Assembly: GCA_963848365.1 (NCBI GenBank)
Contig: CAWKDI010000015.1
Coordinates: forward strand, 29,037 to 93,036
DNA length: 64,000 bases
DNA from: an uncultured Acidobacteriota bacterium
GTDB lineage: Bacteria; Acidobacteriota; Terriglobia; Acidiferrales; UBA7541
Direction: 5' to 3'
Shown: one piece after another, positions 26,563-37,700 of the stretch
How the letters are laid out: the number at the start of each line of letters is the position of its first letter
Numbering within the stretch: the first letter of the stretch is position 1
The notes under the pieces: generated by a model
What the model saw: the letters and a program-made list of their open reading frames with translations, nothing else
What the model was told of the DNA's origin: nothing
Databases searched by the model: none
Translations under genes and position numbers: made by a program

Positions 26563-28446
26563 TCAACCGGTCCGGCAAGAGCCGCATTCAGGATCTTTCC
26601 CGGCTGGGTCGTTGGCCGAGTGGAACGAGAGTTTCAGCCAGTCTCGCTGGTAGACAAAGGAAATCCCCAGCAAGACGACTCCCAGAGCTACAAAACTGAG
26701 TATTCGATAGCCTTTTTCGAGGGCGGATACGTCGTAGAGAAACACCTTCACAATCGTGACGGCGATGAGCACCAGCGATTGCCAGCGAACGAACGCGGAC
26801 TTCCTACTGAAACCAATTGCCATCAGAACCGCGCCATAGATCAGCCAGATGGCCGAGTAGCTGAAGTCCCTCTCAAGCCGCAACTGACCAAGATGAACGC
26901 CGCCAAGCACGGCCCAGTAGGAAGCAGTCAGTTGGCGCTCAAAGTAATCCGAAGCCTCCAGCGTCAACGCAATCAGCGCGAGCAAATTCAAGGCGATCAG
27001 CGCTAGTCGCAGAAGCGGCTGTTCCCCAGGCGTCGCATGCTTCTTTCCAAATTGCACAATTCCCCCGAGAACCGTAATCGCGACCAAGTAGGTGGCAAAT
27101 CGCGCGTTAAGTACAAGAGTGTCGGTGCGAAACTTGTCATAGAGAAGCAGGTGATAGATTCCCAAAGCCAGCACCGTTACCGCTAGATAGCGCAGAAAGT
27201 CGGTTCGCGTTTTCACGCTGGTCCACAGGAGGGCGGCGGACTCAACGAGCCAGCCAATCGTGATCCACTGAGCCTCAAGCTTGATTGGAATAGCAATGGT
27301 GAGGAACCCAGTTGCAATCGCCACGTGGAGCAGCTTAAGGAAGTTCGTGTCCTGCTCGGGAAAGCGCAGCCGGAAGAGGCGGCTCATCGCCAAATAGAAC
27401 CCGGCGAGCGCCAGCGTGTACCAAGTAAGCGTGGACAGATCCGACTTATACAACTGGTATAGAAACAGAAAACAAACTCCGGCATTCAGCAGGGGAAGAA
27501 GAGTGAGCGTGAGCGAAGGCCCTGCGAAACGCGTGGAACGTTCATAGGGAGTCGTGAGCGGGACCGCGGCGAAAATCGCCCCGAACAGAGCGAGGAAAAA
27601 TACGGTGACGGGCCGCTGGTCTTCCGTGTAGTACTGCATGCTCCAGCCAAGATACAAAACGATCGTGCCGGCGAAACTGCCCCACAAGAGTCGCCGCCAC
27701 GGCCTGACGGCGACCAGCGCAAGCACCGCGAGGTCCAGCAGGCAGACGTAAGGGAACAGCACGAGCTCATGGTTTTGTCCGGTGGAAAGAAGCACCGGAG
27801 TCGCAAATCCGCCTACCATAGCAAAGCCCGCCAGCATCTCCGCATCATGATTTAAAGCCAGGGCGATCGTTGCGGCCGTCACAAAAGCCATGGCCACGAA
27901 TGCGTCGGCCGAGGGAATCAGACGGTAGAGCTGAAACGCAGCCCAAAGCGAAAGATAGAGCGTGCCGACGCCAAGCGCCGTCAGCGAGTAGGAGAACGCC
28001 CTATAACCCCTGCTACGAAACCGTTCGCTCCAAATCACCAGCGCCGTGCCCGCCAGCAAGCCGATAGCGACTCTTCCGGCGGGGCCGATCCAGTTGTTTT
28101 CGAATGCATATTTGAGGAAATAGGAAATCCCAATCAGGATCGCGACAATCCCGATGCGGTTCAGCCAGAATTGGCCAATCTTCTTTTCAAGATTGGCATC
28201 AGCCGATCGCGAAGCTATTGCCGGCGAGAGCCCACGTACTTGAGCGGGTATAAAAGGCGGGGGCGCCGGGCCAGAAGCTACTGGCGCGCGGGAAGATTCA
28301 ACCGTTTCAGCCGCCCCCGGAGCGGTTGCCTGAGTCGGCGCGGTGGAAATTGCGTGGGAAGACGCGTTCCGGTCCACGGCGATGATCTGCTCCAGCTGAT
28401 AGACTCGCGCCGTAAGGGCCGCAACTTGCGCCCTCAACGCACTCAT
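26563..28446 (-). CDS. DUF2339-type polytopic membrane protein with N-terminal coiled coil
   Basis: MSALRAQVAALTARVYQLEQII, then a Pro/Ala linker and more than 15 hydrophobic helices. The track N-terminal extension to 28692 is Cys/Arg/Ser-rich and looks spurious. Confidence 0.8.
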   Translation of the reverse strand: MSALRAQVAALTARVYQLEQIIAVDRNASSHAISTAPTQATAPGAAETVESSRAPVASGPAPPPFIPAQVRGLSPAIASRSADANLEKKIGQFWLNRIGIVAILIGISYFLKYAFENNWIGPAGRVAIGLLAGTALVIWSERFRSRGYRAFSYSLTALGVGTLYLSLWAAFQLYRLIPSADAFVAMAFVTAATIALALNHDAEMLAGFAMVGGFATPVLLSTGQNHELVLFPYVCLLDLAVLALVAVRPWRRLLWGSFAGTIVLYLGWSMQYYTEDQRPVTVFFLALFGAIFAAVPLTTPYERSTRFAGPSLTLTLLPLLNAGVCFLFLYQLYKSDLSTLTWYTLALAGFYLAMSRLFRLRFPEQDTNFLKLLHVAIATGFLTIAIPIKLEAQWITIGWLVESAALLWTSVKTRTDFLRYLAVTVLALGIYHLLLYDKFRTDTLVLNARFATYLVAITVLGGIVQFGKKHATPGEQPLLRLALIALNLLALIALTLEASDYFERQLTASYWAVLGGVHLGQLRLERDFSYSAIWLIYGAVLMAIGFSRKSAFVRWQSLVLIAVTIVKVFLYDVSALEKGYRILSFVALGVVLLGISFVYQRDWLKLSFHSANDPAGKDPECGSCRTG

Positions 28447-28576
28447 CTCATCCGGGGGGCTGCTCATGCGCGTACAGTAATCCATCCATACCATCACGGG
28501 CAAGCCAGAGGGCGAAACCGCCGTCGATGGCCGGCCGAGGTGATAACATTGCACCGCCACTCGAGAGGACACCATC

Positions 28577-28777
28577 ATGGAACATGCGGCGGCACTCCTG
28601 GTGCAAACAATTTTTAATCTGGACGGACGAATGCAGGCGCTTCTGCGGGACCAGCAGGCCGCGAATCCACAAGCGGCCGCCGAATTTCTCAAGCCCTGGT
28701 ATCAGGCGATGCTGCTGATGATCAAGAGCGCCGAGGATTTTAACCAGGGGCCAACTCCGCAGCACCCTGGCGTCTAA
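28577..28777 (+). CDS. Small hypothetical helical protein (66 aa)
   Basis: Protein-like composition. Its stop overlaps the start of the next small ORF (TAATG at 28775-28779). It lies antisense to the doubtful extension of the DUF2339 ORF. Confidence 0.4.
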   Translation: MEHAAALLVQTIFNLDGRMQALLRDQQAANPQAAAEFLKPWYQAMLLMIKSAEDFNQGPTPQHPGV

Positions 28778-28953
28778 TGGAACACTCATTTTCCTGTCCC
28801 TACTGCGGCGAAGAGATTTCGATGGTGCTCGACCTTTCCGTCCGGCGCCAAAGCTACATTGAAGACTGCGAAGTGTGCTGCAAGCCGATTGAAATTACCT
28901 TCACGGTGGAAGACGACGAAGTCGCGAGCTTCTACGCCAAAACACTCGGCTAG
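28777..28953 (+). CDS. CPXCG-motif zinc-finger protein (58 aa; below the ORF-track cutoff)
   Basis: My translation: MEHSFSCPYCGEEISMVLDLSVRRQSYIEDCEVCCKPIEITFTVEDDEVASFYAKTLG. Two Cys pairs are spaced as in CPXCG-type small proteins. Confidence 0.6.
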   Translation: MEHSFSCPYCGEEISMVLDLSVRRQSYIEDCEVCCKPIEITFTVEDDEVASFYAKTLG

Positions 28954-28981
28954 CGAAATTCCGCTACTCCTCTGCCCCAAT

Positions 28982-30523
28982 TCATGCCCAGTAAGTCCTA
29001 TCAAGAGTCCGGTATTGAATCGCCTCGCTTAGATGCTTTGGCTCGATCGATGGCGCGCCTTCCAGATCCGCGATCGTTCGCGACACTTTGAGGATGCGGT
29101 CGTGCGCCCGGGCGGACAGGCCGAGCCGCTGGATTGCTGTCTCCAGCAGCTTTTCCCCGTCCGCGGAAATCGCGCAATGCTTGCGAATGAGCTTGGGCGG
29201 CATCTGCGCATTTGCATAGATTTTATCCTCGTCGCGGTAACGGTCGACCTGGATCTGCCTCGCCCGCAGCACGCGCTCACGGACGCTCGCCGAACTCTCG
29301 ATCTCTTCATTGCCGCGCAGTTCTTTGTAACGCACCGCCGGAACCTCAATGTGAATGTCGATGCGATCGAGCAGGGGGCCGGAGATTTTCGAGACGTACC
29401 GCTGGATCTGCATCGGCGTGCAGTGACATTCGCGGGTGGAATCTCCAAAAAAGCCGCAGGGGCATGGATTCATTGCCGCCGCCAGCATGAAACGGGAAGG
29501 GAAGCTCACCGAAAGAGCCGCGCGCGCGATCGTAACGCATCCATCCTCAAGGGGTTGCCGCATAACTTCGAGAACGTTGCGCTGGAATTCAGGCAGCTCG
29601 TCGAGGAAGAGCACGCCATTGTGCCCCACGGATACCTCTCCCGGCCTTGGCACAGCTCCGCCGCCAATCAATCCGGCGTCGCTGATCGTGTGATGAGGAG
29701 AGCGGAAGGGACGCGTTCCAACAATCCCGCGCGAGTCATCGAGCAGTCCTGCCACGCTGTGAATCCGGGTCGTCTCAATCGCTTCTTCGAGCGACATCGG
29801 GGGCAAGATCGTGGGGATGCGCTTGGCCAGCATCGTCTTGCCAGCGCCTGGCGGCCCGATCAAAAGAATATTGTGGCTGCCTGCACAAGCGACCTCCAGC
29901 GCGCGCTTGGCGGACATTTGGCCGCGCACATCGCGAAGATCCACGGGGTATTGGCTCGCCTCCGCAAGCACCCGAGAGGTGTCTACGGCGATTGGCTGAA
30001 AGGACTCAGGAGCGTTAATCATGTCGGCCGCTTGGGGCAGCGACTTCACGCCAAACACCTGAATGCCTTCCACCACAGCCGCTTCGCGTGCATTCGCCTC
30101 CGGCACGATTACATTGCGAATGCCGCGATCTCGCGCGGCCAAGGCCGCCGAAAGGGCGCCGCGTACCGAGCGAACGCCGCCATCGAGGGAAAGCTCGCCT
30201 AGAAACACATAGGACTCGAGCGTCTTACCGAAGAATGTTCCCTGGCAACCAAGCAGGCCCAGAGCCATCGGCAAGTCGAATGCCGAACCTTCCTTGCGTA
30301 TATCCGCCGGCGCCAGATTTACGGTAACCGACTGATAGGCGGGAAAATCGAACCCACAATTCCGTAGAGCCGCTTTGATTCGCTCGCGGCTTTCTTTCAC
30401 CGCGATGTCGGGCAGTCCAACGACATTGAAATCGCCGGAACCGCCCGGACCGATATCTACCTCAACTTCAACCAGGTAGGCATCGATTCCAAAGACAGCG
30501 GCGCTGAAGGTTTTGAACAGCAT
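28982..30523 (-). CDS. YifB/ComM-family Mg-chelatase-like AAA+ ATPase
   Basis: Lon-protease-like N-domain, Walker [23 protein letters not shown] and a C-terminal ChlI-like region. Confidence 0.9.
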   Translation of the reverse strand: MLFKTFSAAVFGIDAYLVEVEVDIGPGGSGDFNVVGLPDIAVKESRERIKAALRNCGFDFPAYQSVTVNLAPADIRKEGSAFDLPMALGLLGCQGTFFGKTLESYVFLGELSLDGGVRSVRGALSAALAARDRGIRNVIVPEANAREAAVVEGIQVFGVKSLPQAADMINAPESFQPIAVDTSRVLAEASQYPVDLRDVRGQMSAKRALEVACAGSHNILLIGPPGAGKTMLAKRIPTILPPMSLEEAIETTRIHSVAGLLDDSRGIVGTRPFRSPHHTISDAGLIGGGAVPRPGEVSVGHNGVLFLDELPEFQRNVLEVMRQPLEDGCVTIARAALSVSFPSRFMLAAAMNPCPCGFFGDSTRECHCTPMQIQRYVSKISGPLLDRIDIHIEVPAVRYKELRGNEEIESSASVRERVLRARQIQVDRYRDEDKIYANAQMPPKLIRKHCAISADGEKLLETAIQRLGLSARAHDRILKVSRTIADLEGAPSIEPKHLSEAIQYRTLDRTYWA

Positions 30524-30583
30524 CTTGCCAACGCGAGGTCACCCTTTCGCGTCGCCGAGCGTAACTCAAAATAGCACGTCACG

Positions 30584-31843
30584 CTAGTGATTAACGCACG
30601 CGAGCATCAGCGGAAGAATCGCGTTGTAGTCGTGCGTGATCTCAAAAGCAAACACGATGAAAGTGAAAGTTGCGCGAGAGGCGGCACCGAACACCGCGGC
30701 CATGGCCACCAGCGCATACCCGCCCGGCGACAGATGAGCGCCCGGAAAAAGTATGTTCACCACCATCGCGAATGCGCCGCCGAGGGCCGCGCTCGACATG
30801 AACATCGGCGCCAGCAACCCGCCCGATGTGCCGGATCCCAGCGAAATCACCAGGGCAGCCGCTTTGAAAACCGCAATGAGTACAAGCATCTTCAAAGCGA
30901 GGTGGTTGTTGAGAATATCTGAGATCGTATCGTAGCCTACGCCCAGCACGCGGGGAACGAAATAGCCGATCACTCCCAGAGCCAGCGCACCGATTGCCGG
31001 ATGCCACAAATTGTCGATTCTGATCCGGTCAAACTGATCCTCGACCCAATACAGCAGCTTCGTGAAGCCGATTGCCGTGATTCCGCAGATCAATCCGAGA
31101 AACAGGTAGAAGGGTAGTCCCCGGAGCGAACCAAAATCAGCATTGCCCATCGTGAACATGGACCGCTGGCCCAGGAAAATGGAACGCACACTCGTCGCCA
31201 GCGTGCTTGCGATAACTAAAGGAATAAACGAGCGTGAGCGAAACTCAAATAGAAGCAACTCGATAGCAATGATAACGGCGGAGATGGGAGTATTAAACGT
31301 CGCGGCCATGCCGGCGCCCGCTCCGCAGGCGAGCAGCACCTTTCGCTCCGCGGCGGTCGTGGAAATAATTTGCCCCACTAGCGAGCCGATTGCGCCGCCC
31401 GTCTGAATGATCGGCCCTTCAGCACCGAATGGCCCTCCGGTGCCAATAGCAATCGCGGCCGAGAGGGGCTTAAGAATGGCGACCTTTGCCTCGATCCTGC
31501 TTCGGGACGTGAGCACGGCCTCCATCGCTTCGGGTATGCCGTGTCCCTTGATTTTCTCCGAGCCGTATTTCGCCATGAACCCGACGATTACGCCGCCGAT
31601 CACGGGCGTCACAATGATCCAAAGTCCGAGATGTGACTCCGCGGGGCTTCGGAAATGAAACGACCATTCGTGGTAGAAGGCCAGGTTGGTGAACAGACCG
31701 ATCAGATCGTACAGAATGTAAGCGATTACTCCCGCCGCGATGCCAATCAGTGCCGCCAGCAGCGAAACGAGGCCAAGTCGATAGCCGGCAGGACGCTCCG
31801 CCGGCAAGGCCGCGGTAGTTTCCACGGAAACTGCCAAGTTCAT
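30584..31843 (-). CDS. ClC-family chloride channel / H+-Cl- antiporter (no CBS domains)
   Basis: GSEKIKGHGIPE, GGPFGAEGPIIQTGG, GSGTSGGLLAP. Confidence 0.85.
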   Translation of the reverse strand: MNLAVSVETTAALPAERPAGYRLGLVSLLAALIGIAAGVIAYILYDLIGLFTNLAFYHEWSFHFRSPAESHLGLWIIVTPVIGGVIVGFMAKYGSEKIKGHGIPEAMEAVLTSRSRIEAKVAILKPLSAAIAIGTGGPFGAEGPIIQTGGAIGSLVGQIISTTAAERKVLLACGAGAGMAATFNTPISAVIIAIELLLFEFRSRSFIPLVIASTLATSVRSIFLGQRSMFTMGNADFGSLRGLPFYLFLGLICGITAIGFTKLLYWVEDQFDRIRIDNLWHPAIGALALGVIGYFVPRVLGVGYDTISDILNNHLALKMLVLIAVFKAAALVISLGSGTSGGLLAPMFMSSAALGGAFAMVVNILFPGAHLSPGGYALVAMAAVFGAASRATFTFIVFAFEITHDYNAILPLMLACVNH

Positions 31844-31849
31844 CTCCTC

Positions 31850-32263
31850 TTAACGATGGGAGCCGCGAACGATCTTTTGCAACGCCGCGAGCAACTGCGG
31901 ACCGGCGGTCTGCAACTCTTCATGATGCGAGGCTGAAAGTTTGCGCAACAGCATTTCGCCGGTGCGGGTGACGCGCACCAGCACCTCGCGGCGGTCGCGC
32001 GCGCTCCTCGAACGCTTGATCAGTCCTTTCGATTCGAGCCGGTTGCTCAGTTCCACAGCGCTGTGATGGTGGATTTGCAGCCTCTCCGAAAGCACCCCTA
32101 CGGTCGGGCTGATCCCTTTCGGCAATCCCTTGATGGCCAAGAGGGCCTGGTGCTGTTGCGGCTCGATTCCTGCGGTCCGGGCAGCCTGTTCGCTGAAGTT
32201 GAGAAAGCGGCGTATCTGGTAACGAAACTCCGCCAGCGCCTCGTAGTCCATGTCGCGCTCCAT
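31850..32263 (-). CDS. MarR-family transcriptional regulator
   Basis: Winged-helix pattern QHQALLAIKG..TVGVLSERLQIHHHSAVELSNRLESKGLIKR..DRREVLV. Lies 6 nt upstream of the ClC gene. Confidence 0.8.
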   Translation of the reverse strand: MERDMDYEALAEFRYQIRRFLNFSEQAARTAGIEPQQHQALLAIKGLPKGISPTVGVLSERLQIHHHSAVELSNRLESKGLIKRSRSARDRREVLVRVTRTGEMLLRKLSASHHEELQTAGPQLLAALQKIVRGSHR

Positions 32264-32330
32264 TCCGCCAGTATATCGTGTAACGATATATTGTGGTACG
32301 TCTTTTTGGGACGCCTGTCCCTTCGAGAGA

Positions 32331-32927
32331 TCAGTAAATCCGAGGAATGAATGCGGGAACTTCGTGGGCGTATTCCTCGAACTGCGGCCCGAACTTCTCT
32401 TTTAAAAGCTTTTCCTCGCTGCGTATGCGGATTCCGGTGCCAAGCAAAAATACGACGGTTGCCGCGGCCATCTCTTGCCAGCGGCTGGCCGCAAGCCCGG
32501 TCGCAATTAACATGCCCAGCATGGCCAGATAAATCGGATGGCGCACCACCGCATAAGGTCCCTGGTGGATCAGTTCATGGCCTTCAATGACTCGCGCAAC
32601 CAGGGCCCACTGCTTCCCCAATGCGCGAGCCGCGGCAAAGCAGAACCACGTAGACGCGATGGCAAGCAGGGCGGCAAACAGTGAAATCAGCGTTTCCGCG
32701 GCCCGGGACCCGCGCCCAAGCGCCGGGGAATACGTCCGGTTCCAGACAAGAAGGATTGCATACCCGAGCATTTGCGCGAGGAAACCAGTGTGTGACCTGA
32801 GATCCCGCTTTGTTGTCGACGCAGAGGCTCCCTTCTTTCCGACGACCAGGATCACGCCGAACGCCAGCCAGCAAAGCGCGACCACCAAAGCGGCGACTTT
32901 GGCGGGTAAATCAGTCTGGAAAGTCAT
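32331..32927 (-). CDS. ICMT/PEMT-like membrane methyltransferase
   Basis: HELIHQGPYAVVRHPIYLAMLGMLI..EEKLLKEKFGPQFEEY. Start at ATG 32927. Confidence 0.7.
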   Translation of the reverse strand: MTFQTDLPAKVAALVVALCWLAFGVILVVGKKGASASTTKRDLRSHTGFLAQMLGYAILLVWNRTYSPALGRGSRAAETLISLFAALLAIASTWFCFAAARALGKQWALVARVIEGHELIHQGPYAVVRHPIYLAMLGMLIATGLAASRWQEMAAATVVFLLGTGIRIRSEEKLLKEKFGPQFEEYAHEVPAFIPRIY

Positions 32928-32943
32928 CGCACGCTCAAAAGCT

Positions 32944-33393
32944 TTAAAACTGCTTCTCGGAATCCAACAGGATCGTGACCGGACCATCGTTTGTGAGTTC
33001 CAGTGACATGTGTGCCTGGAACACCCCCGTCTCGACGCGCACCCCCAGAGCCTTCATTGCAGCCACAAATTCCTCATAAAGCGCCCTGCCTATTTCAGGG
33101 GGAGCGGCTTGCACAAAACTCGGCCGCCGCTGCCCGCGAGCGTCGCCGTAAAGGGTGAACTGCGATATAACGAGCGCTGCCCCTTGCGTGTCGAGCAGCG
33201 ACTTGTTCATCTTGCCTTGTTCATCATTAAAAATCCGAAGATTCACGATTTTTCCCGCCATGGAAACAGACGTGGCGGCGACGTCATTCTTTCCTACGGC
33301 AACCAGCACGGCGAGACCCGCGCCAATGTCGCCGGTTACGCGCCCATCCACGATAACCCGAGCCGATTTCACTCGTTGCACTACTGCTCGCAT
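32944..33393 (-). CDS. dtd: D-aminoacyl-tRNA deacylase
   Basis: MRAVVQRVKSARV..; SQFTLYGDARGQRRPSF; NDGPVT. Confidence 0.9.
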   Translation of the reverse strand: MRAVVQRVKSARVIVDGRVTGDIGAGLAVLVAVGKNDVAATSVSMAGKIVNLRIFNDEQGKMNKSLLDTQGAALVISQFTLYGDARGQRRPSFVQAAPPEIGRALYEEFVAAMKALGVRVETGVFQAHMSLELTNDGPVTILLDSEKQF

Positions 33394-33702
33394 GCCGGCC
33401 TCGTCTTGGTGTCGCCGCCCGTCCTGATTCTATGTGCCTTCTTTTGAATTGCATAATTCTGCGGCTCAAAAATCTCCGCGACTCTAAAATGCAAGCGGCC
33501 CGTCAACGCGGCTGGCGAACCTATGCCCTAATGCGCGGGTGTGTTATCCTTAGGCGTTTAAGAACGCATTCATACCGAAGGCACACACACCGAACGTTAC
33601 GTTAGCCGCAAGGAACCGCGATGGCCCGAGAAAATCCGGCCGGTTTTCTCCGTGCCATCGTGCGGCGGGTAAGTTTTTCTGTGAGTGACGGGAACGGCGA
33701 AA

Positions 33703-34569
33703 ATGTCCACACCAGCAACGAGCCCTAAAATCGATACATTGAGCCTGGCGCACTCGCCCGATAGCGATGATGCATTTATGTTCTATGCGCTGGCCACCGG
33801 CAAGGTTCGTCTACCAGGAGTCAAGTTCACACACATTCTGTCCGATATCGAATCCCTGAATCATGCGGCGCGTGAGCAGACCTACGACGTCACCGCGCTC
33901 AGCTTCTACGGCTATACCTTCGTGGCAGACAAGTACGTTCTGCTCGATTGCGGCGCAAGTTTTGGGGAAGGGTATGGACCCATCGTTGTCGCATCCCACC
34001 CCATCAAGAAAACGGACCTCGCGGGCCGCAAGGTGGCTATACCAGGCACTTTGACTACGTCCTATCTCGCGCTGAAGCTTTTCGAGCCCAACGTCGAAAC
34101 GGTGACTATGCCTTTCGACAAAATTCTCGACGCCGTTCAGGCGAAGGAAGTCGAAGCGGGCTTGCTCATTCACGAGGGCCAGCTTCTGTTTTCCGAAGTC
34201 GGATTGCACCGCGTGGTTGATCTAGGCCAGTGGTGGCACGAGTCCACCGGCCTTCCGCTGCCTTTGGGCGCCAATGCTATCCGGCGGGAACTGGGTCCTG
34301 AGATCGGTCTCCAGGTGGCTCGTATCATTCGCGAAAGCGTTTCCTATGCACTCGAGCACCGCGAGCCCGCTCTCGCTTATGCCCTGCAGTTTGCGCGGGA
34401 CATGGACCCGCAGTTGGCCGACAAATTCGTGGGGATGTACGTGAACCGCTGGACCCTGGACTACGGAGAGGAAGGCCGCCGCGCCGTGCGTGAGCTTTTG
34501 TCCCGGGGCGCTAGTGCCGGTTTCGTGTCTCCTTCGTTCAAAGTGGAGTTTCTATCGGACGCGGCCTAG
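33703..34569 (+). CDS. MqnA/MqnD-family (futalosine-pathway menaquinone biosynthesis) protein
   Basis: LSLAHSPDSDDAFMFYAL.. and a periplasmic-binding-protein-like fold pattern. I cannot distinguish MqnA from MqnD by eye. Confidence 0.7.
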   Translation: MSTPATSPKIDTLSLAHSPDSDDAFMFYALATGKVRLPGVKFTHILSDIESLNHAAREQTYDVTALSFYGYTFVADKYVLLDCGASFGEGYGPIVVASHPIKKTDLAGRKVAIPGTLTTSYLALKLFEPNVETVTMPFDKILDAVQAKEVEAGLLIHEGQLLFSEVGLHRVVDLGQWWHESTGLPLPLGANAIRRELGPEIGLQVARIIRESVSYALEHREPALAYALQFARDMDPQLADKFVGMYVNRWTLDYGEEGRRAVRELLSRGASAGFVSPSFKVEFLSDAA

Positions 34570-34742
34570 CATCAACAGGTGATATCAAAAGGCGTGGAAG
34601 TCTCTAGTCGCGGTAGGTGATACGCTTTCTCGTTCTATTTGTCGAAATCGAAAGACTTTAGCGGCGCTTCGTTTACCGCCACGTCGCAGGGGCCTGACGT
34701 AATTCCCCGTTCCTGCCTTTCCCACGCGATAATTCTAAGGAC

Positions 34743-37700
34743 ATGAGAGACCTCATCCAACAGGGCTTGGCCCTCCGCGAACTTCTCCGCGAGCGCATCC
34801 TCGTCCTCGATGGCGCCATGGGCACCATGCTGCAACAGGTGCACCTGACCGCGGAAGATTTCGGCGGACCGCACCTCGAGGGTTGCAACGAGAATCTCGT
34901 GATTACCCGTCCGGACGTGGTGCTGGGGATTCACCGGAAGTATCTCGAAGCTGGCTCGGACATTATCGAAACGAATTCCTTCGGGAGCACCCCTATAGTC
35001 CTTGCTGAATATGGACTTGGCGAGCATGCGCACGAGATCAGCCGCCGGGCCGCCGCGCTCGCCAGGCAAGCCGCCGACGAATTCTCGACTGCCGCCAAGC
35101 CGCGCTTTGTGGCCGGATCAATGGGGCCCACGACCAAAGCGATCAGCGTGACGGGTGGCATCACCTTCGAGCAGCTTCGCAACAACTTTCGCGACCAGGC
35201 GCGCGGCTTGATCGAGGGCGGCGCCGATTTGCTGCTTCTCGAGACCTGCCAGGACACTCGCAACATCAAGGCGGGCGTGCTCGCCATTGACGATCTGGCC
35301 CGCGAAATTGGACAGCCGATTCCCGTGATGATCTCCGTGACCATCGAGCCCATGGGGACGATGCTCGCCGGGCAGAACATCGAGGCGCTGTGGGCCTCGC
35401 TCGATCACGTCGACGTGCTTTCTCTGGGACTCAACTGCGCCACCGGCCCGGAGTTCATGACCGACCACGTCCGCACGCTGCAATCGCTGACCAACCGTTT
35501 TGTTTCCTGCTATCCCAACGCGGGCCTTCCGAACGAAGAGGGACAGTATCAGGAAACTCCCACCACCCTTGCCGAGCAACTCGATCGCTTTGTGGAACGC
35601 GGGTGGTTGAATATCGTCGGCGGCTGCTGCGGAACCACCGAAAAGCACATCCGCGCAATCGCGCAGATGGCTCAGGGGAAGGCACCGCGCCACCCGGGGA
35701 GACCCAGCCATCGCGCCGTCTATTCCGGCATCGACGTGATCGAAGCCGAGGAAAGCACGCGGCCTTTGATCGTGGGCGAACGCACCAACGTGATCGGTTC
35801 GCGCGAATTCAAAAAGCTCGTCGCAGCGGAACAGTGGGAAGAAGCCACCGAAATCGCTCGTCGCCAGGTGAAAAGCGGCGCGCACATCGTGGACGTGTGC
35901 CTGCAAAGCACCGATCGCGACGAGATCAAGGATATTCCGCCTTTTTACGATCAGTTGATCCGCAAGATCAAAGCGCCGATCATGATCGACACCACCGATG
36001 CCCGGGCGGTCGAACTCTCGCTCACCTATTGCCAGGGCAAGAGCATCATCAATTCGATCAACCTCGAAGACGGCGAGGAGAAGTTCGAGCGCGTCTGCCC
36101 GTTGGCCCGTTCCTACGGCGCAGCGCTTATTGTCGGCTGCATCGACGAAGACCCGCAGCAGGCTCAGGCGTTCACGCGCGAGCGAAAACTGGAAATTGCC
36201 AAGCGCTCCTACGAACTCCTCACCGGAAAATACGGCATCCACGCCGAGAACATCATTTTTGATCCTCTCGTCTTTCCCTGCGCCACCGGCGACGAAAACT
36301 ATATCGGCGGCGCGGTGGAGACAATCGAAGGTATCAGGCTCATCAAGCAGAACATCCCGCATGTCCGCACCGTCCTGGGTATCTCGAATGTCTCGTTCGG
36401 CCTGCCCGCCGGCGCCCGGGAAGTGGTCAACTCCGTTTTCCTCTACTACTGCACCAAGGCCGGCCTCGATCTGGCCATCGTCAACGCCGAGCGCATCGAG
36501 CGCTTCGCTTCGATTTCCGAGAAAGAGCGCAAGCTCGCCGAGAGCCTGCTATTCAACAGCGTACCCAAACAAGTGCCCGGCGAGCATCCCCAAGCTTCGC
36601 TTCTGCGCGACGCGCCGGCCGATTGGCGCGAACAAAGCCGCGATCAAAAAGCCGCGATCAATCAGTTCCACATCGCAGCGATCTCGGAACATTTCCGCGG
36701 CGCGGGCGGCCGCAAGAAGGCGAAAAAGCAGGATCTGCCGCTCGACCAGCGCCTTCCCAACTACATCCTCGAAGGATCCAAGGACGGCTTGATCGACGAT
36801 CTGAATCGCAAACGCGAAGAAGGGGTCGCGCCGCTCGATATCATCAACGGACCCCTCATGGCGGGCATGGCCGAGGTCGGCAGGCTGTTCAATAACAACG
36901 AACTGATCGTCGCCGAAGTGCTCCAATCGGCCGAGGCGATGAAGGCCGCTGTGAGTCACCTCGAGCAGTTTATGGAGAAGGCTGACACCGAGAAGCGCGC
37001 CAAGGTGATCCTCGCCACGGTGAAGGGCGACGTGCACGATATCGGCAAAAATCTGGTCGAGATCATTTTGAAAAATAACGGCTACGACGTCATCAATCTG
37101 GGCATCAAAGTTCCGCCGGAGGATCTGATTCGCGCGCACGAAGAGCACAAGCCCGACGCCATCGGCCTTTCAGGCCTGCTCGTGAAAAGTGCGCAGCAGA
37201 TGGTCACGACTGCCGGCGACTTGCGAGATGCGGGAATTCGCGTTCCTCTTCTGGTCGGAGGAGCGGCGCTTTCAGACAAGTTCACGCGCATGAAGATCGC
37301 CCCGCAATATCAGACCGCCGTCTGCTACGCGAAAGACGCCATGACGGGCTTGCGTCTGATGAACGAATTGAGTGACCCAAGTCGCCGCGATGCCGTGATT
37401 CAGGACCACACGTTTACAGCCGCGGTCGCTACAGAAGAAGCTGTCCCCCGCCCGCTGGAGCCTGCCGGGGAAGAACGTTCGGCCAAGGTTCGCGTCGATA
37501 TCCCGATACCCTCGGTCGCCTATCTTGACCGCAAGGTCCGCGCGGTTCCCGACCTGAACGAAATCTGGGGCTACATAAACCCCTACATGCTCTTCGGACG
37601 CCACTTGGGCTTTCGCGGGAATTTCGAAAAGGCTCTCGGCGAACGGGACGCGCGCGCCCTCGAACTATTCAACAGCATGGAGGAAATCAAGCGCGAAGCC

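Noticed and set aside
29033-30202. 389-aa plus-strand ORF antisense to the YifB/ComM gene
   Set aside because: Shadow ORF. The minus strand has Walker A/B and Mg-chelatase motifs, and the plus-strand product has none.
34570-34742. Riboswitch (SAH/SAM/B12) in the metH leader
   Set aside because: Only short generic hairpins are present (GGCG/CGCC, ACGTC/GACGT). I could not recognise the conserved cores of the SAH, SAM or cobalamin classes. An Infernal scan is needed to settle this.
35118-37148. Long minus-strand and alternative plus-frame ORFs inside metH (35118-36362, 35390-36262, 35998-36792, 36549-37148)
   Set aside because: metH is continuous and carries every module. The overlapping ORFs are Arg/Ala/Pro-rich shadow frames.
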